Source: an uncultured Bacillales bacterium (lineage in GTDB: Bacteria; Bacillota_I; Bacilli_A; RF39; UBA660). Taken from it: a stretch of DNA of 61,567 bases. Location: NCBI GenBank assembly GCA_946611235.1, contig CAMODE010000050.1:1-61567 (forward strand), read 5' to 3'. The translations under genes and the position numbers were made by a program. The number at the start of each line of letters is the position of its first letter. Positions within the stretch are counted from its first letter, which is position 1. Shown here piece after piece: positions 60,114 to 61,567 of this stretch. The notes beneath the pieces were generated by a model. The model had not been told where the DNA came from. It searched no databases and saw nothing but the letters and a program-made list of their open reading frames with translations.

Positions 60114-60904
60114 AATTTATCTAAAGCCTCCTTATCTTTTAAGTATACTTGTTCTAGTAGATCATATAAGATAAGATTGTGAGATAGTTTTACAATAAAT
60201 GGTAAATTAAAGCCTATTTTTTCTAGTAAATCATCTTTATATATTTCTTTAGGAGATGCCTCTGCTAAAATGCTTCCTTTATTTAGAACTATTATTTTAT
60301 CTGAATCTAATGTTTCTTCTAAATCAGTTGTTAAGAGAATGATTGTTAAGTTGTAATCTTTTTGATATTCTTTTAATACTTTTAAAACTAGTTTCTTATC
60401 CATAGGGGTTAGTTTACTTAAAGTATTATCTAAAAGAATTATTCTTGGATTATGAATTAACGAAGCCGCTACTAAAACTTTATTTTTTTCTGATTGGGTA
60501 ATATCTTCTAATGATTTATCCAATATATTATCAATATGAAATTTTTTAGATACTTTATCTAAGGTTATATTTATTTCATTCTTAGTATATTGAAGACTTT
60601 CTAGAGGAAAGGCTAAACAGTCTCGAATAGTATCAAAGTATATATCGTTATCCATACATATACTAAAATTTCTTCTTATTTTATCAATAAAGAAATTATT
60701 TAAAAGATAGCCATCAATATTTATATATCCTTCACCTCTAATGATACCTGAAAGTAATTTGGCAAGAGTTGTCTTACCCGAGCCATTTAATCCTACAATG
60801 GTTGTAAAAGTTCCTTCATAAATATCTAGGTTAAGATTATCAAATATTATATTCTCTTGATATTTGAATGTTAAATCTCTTATTTTGATAATACTTCTTT
60901 TCAT
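60104..60904 (-). CDS. ECF ATPase EcfA1-like, signature degenerate
   Basis: GLNGSGKTT intact; signature ITQSE; Walker B LLDN. Confidence 0.8.
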   Translation of the reverse strand: MKRSIIKIRDLTFKYQENIIFDNLNLDIYEGTFTTIVGLNGSGKTTLAKLLSGIIRGEGYINIDGYLLNNFFIDKIRRNFSICMDNDIYFDTIRDCLAFPLESLQYTKNEINITLDKVSKKFHIDNILDKSLEDITQSEKNKVLVAASLIHNPRIILLDNTLSKLTPMDKKLVLKVLKEYQKDYNLTIILLTTDLEETLDSDKIIVLNKGSILAEASPKEIYKDDLLEKIGFNLPFIVKLSHNLILYDLLEQVYLKDKEALDKLWP

Positions 60905-61042
60905 ACCATGCACCCTCTTTTAATATTATATATTAAATAGTTGTAAAATACAAGGAAATAGATGTAAAATACTTGTCAATTAATATCTTAATATCTTGAT
61001 AAAACAAAATAATATGCTACAATAAGGATAGAGGTGGACAGT

Positions 61043-61567
61043 ATGAAAAAAACGATAACTAAAGTAATTAGAGTTGATAATGAAACAAAAAAATTGATGA
61101 ATGAGTTTTATAAAGATATGAAAAGGGATAAAACACCCCCTTATGCTGTTTTTCAAGCCGATACTGGTGATACAATTGTTACTTTATATGAATCTGGTAA
61201 AGCAATGTTTCAAGGAGTATCTGCGGATATTGAAGCTGATATGTGGATGAATATTGGTAAGAATAAAGATGATTTAGAGTATTTTATGGATGACGATATT
61301 AAGAAGGAAATAAAAGAAGAAAAAACAATTCCGATAGAGATAAATTCTATTGGTTCTGATGAAGTTGGTACGGGAGATTATTATGGTCCTATTGTTGTTA
61401 CGGCTTCATACGTAAAAAAAGAAGACATTCCTTTCTTAACAGAACTTGGAGTTAGAGACTCAAAGAAAATTAGTGATGAGCAAATACTTAAAATAGTTCC
61501 TAAAATTATTAAAAAAATACCATATAAAACGATTATGTTATCGAATAAAGAATATAATGAAAAATAT
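61043..61567 (+). CDS. rnhC: Ribonuclease HIII, truncated by window end (absent from ORF track)
   Basis: GAGGTGG RBS; TLYESGKAMFQG TBP-like domain; IGSDEVGTGDYYGP; LGVRDSKK. Confidence 0.93.
   Translation, partial: MKKTITKVIRVDNETKKLMNEFYKDMKRDKTPPYAVFQADTGDTIVTLYESGKAMFQGVSADIEADMWMNIGKNKDDLEYFMDDDIKKEIKEEKTIPIEINSIGSDEVGTGDYYGPIVVTASYVKKEDIPFLTELGVRDSKKISDEQILKIVPKIIKKIPYKTIMLSNKEYNEKY

Noticed and set aside
1..61567. tRNA, rRNA, prophage or integrase
   Set aside because: No cloverleaf/T-loop signatures, rRNA-like GC-rich tracts, phage structural genes or recombinase seen by eye; a tRNAscan/Rfam run would be needed to exclude small RNAs.

Overview
Very AT-rich chromosomal segment of a Bacilli-type (probably RF39-like gut lineage; inference) spore-former. 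A housekeeping scaffold (ezrA, obgE, thiI, mutS, comEA/comEC, eno, khpA-rpsP, truA-ecfT-ecfA2-ecfA1, rnhC, SASP) is interspersed with small accessory inserts. No rRNA, tRNA or CRISPR array was seen. Non-ORF structure found by reading the sequence: (1) the 5' end of a group II intron splitting dinD, with a matching EBS1/IBS1; (2) a DUF3800 gene facing a convergent, independently promoted ~125-nt pseudoknot RNA, next to an orphan HipA-like kinase; (3) a complete IS5-family element (16-bp TIRs, TA duplication) that splits an LRR gene and whose transposase appears joined to an N-terminal membrane helix through an A9 tract; (4) a complete CptIN-type type III toxin-antitoxin locus; (5) a VanW + DltA-like + DltC-like + PPTase cluster with no dltB/dltD; (6) three copies of a ~61-nt covarying hairpin element at core/accessory junctions; (7) a conserved promoter/operator shared by dinD, comEA-comEC and an ORF6N gene; (8) several pseudogenes and degenerate RnfCD and ECF ATPases. 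All calls are by eye and motif recall, with no database searches.
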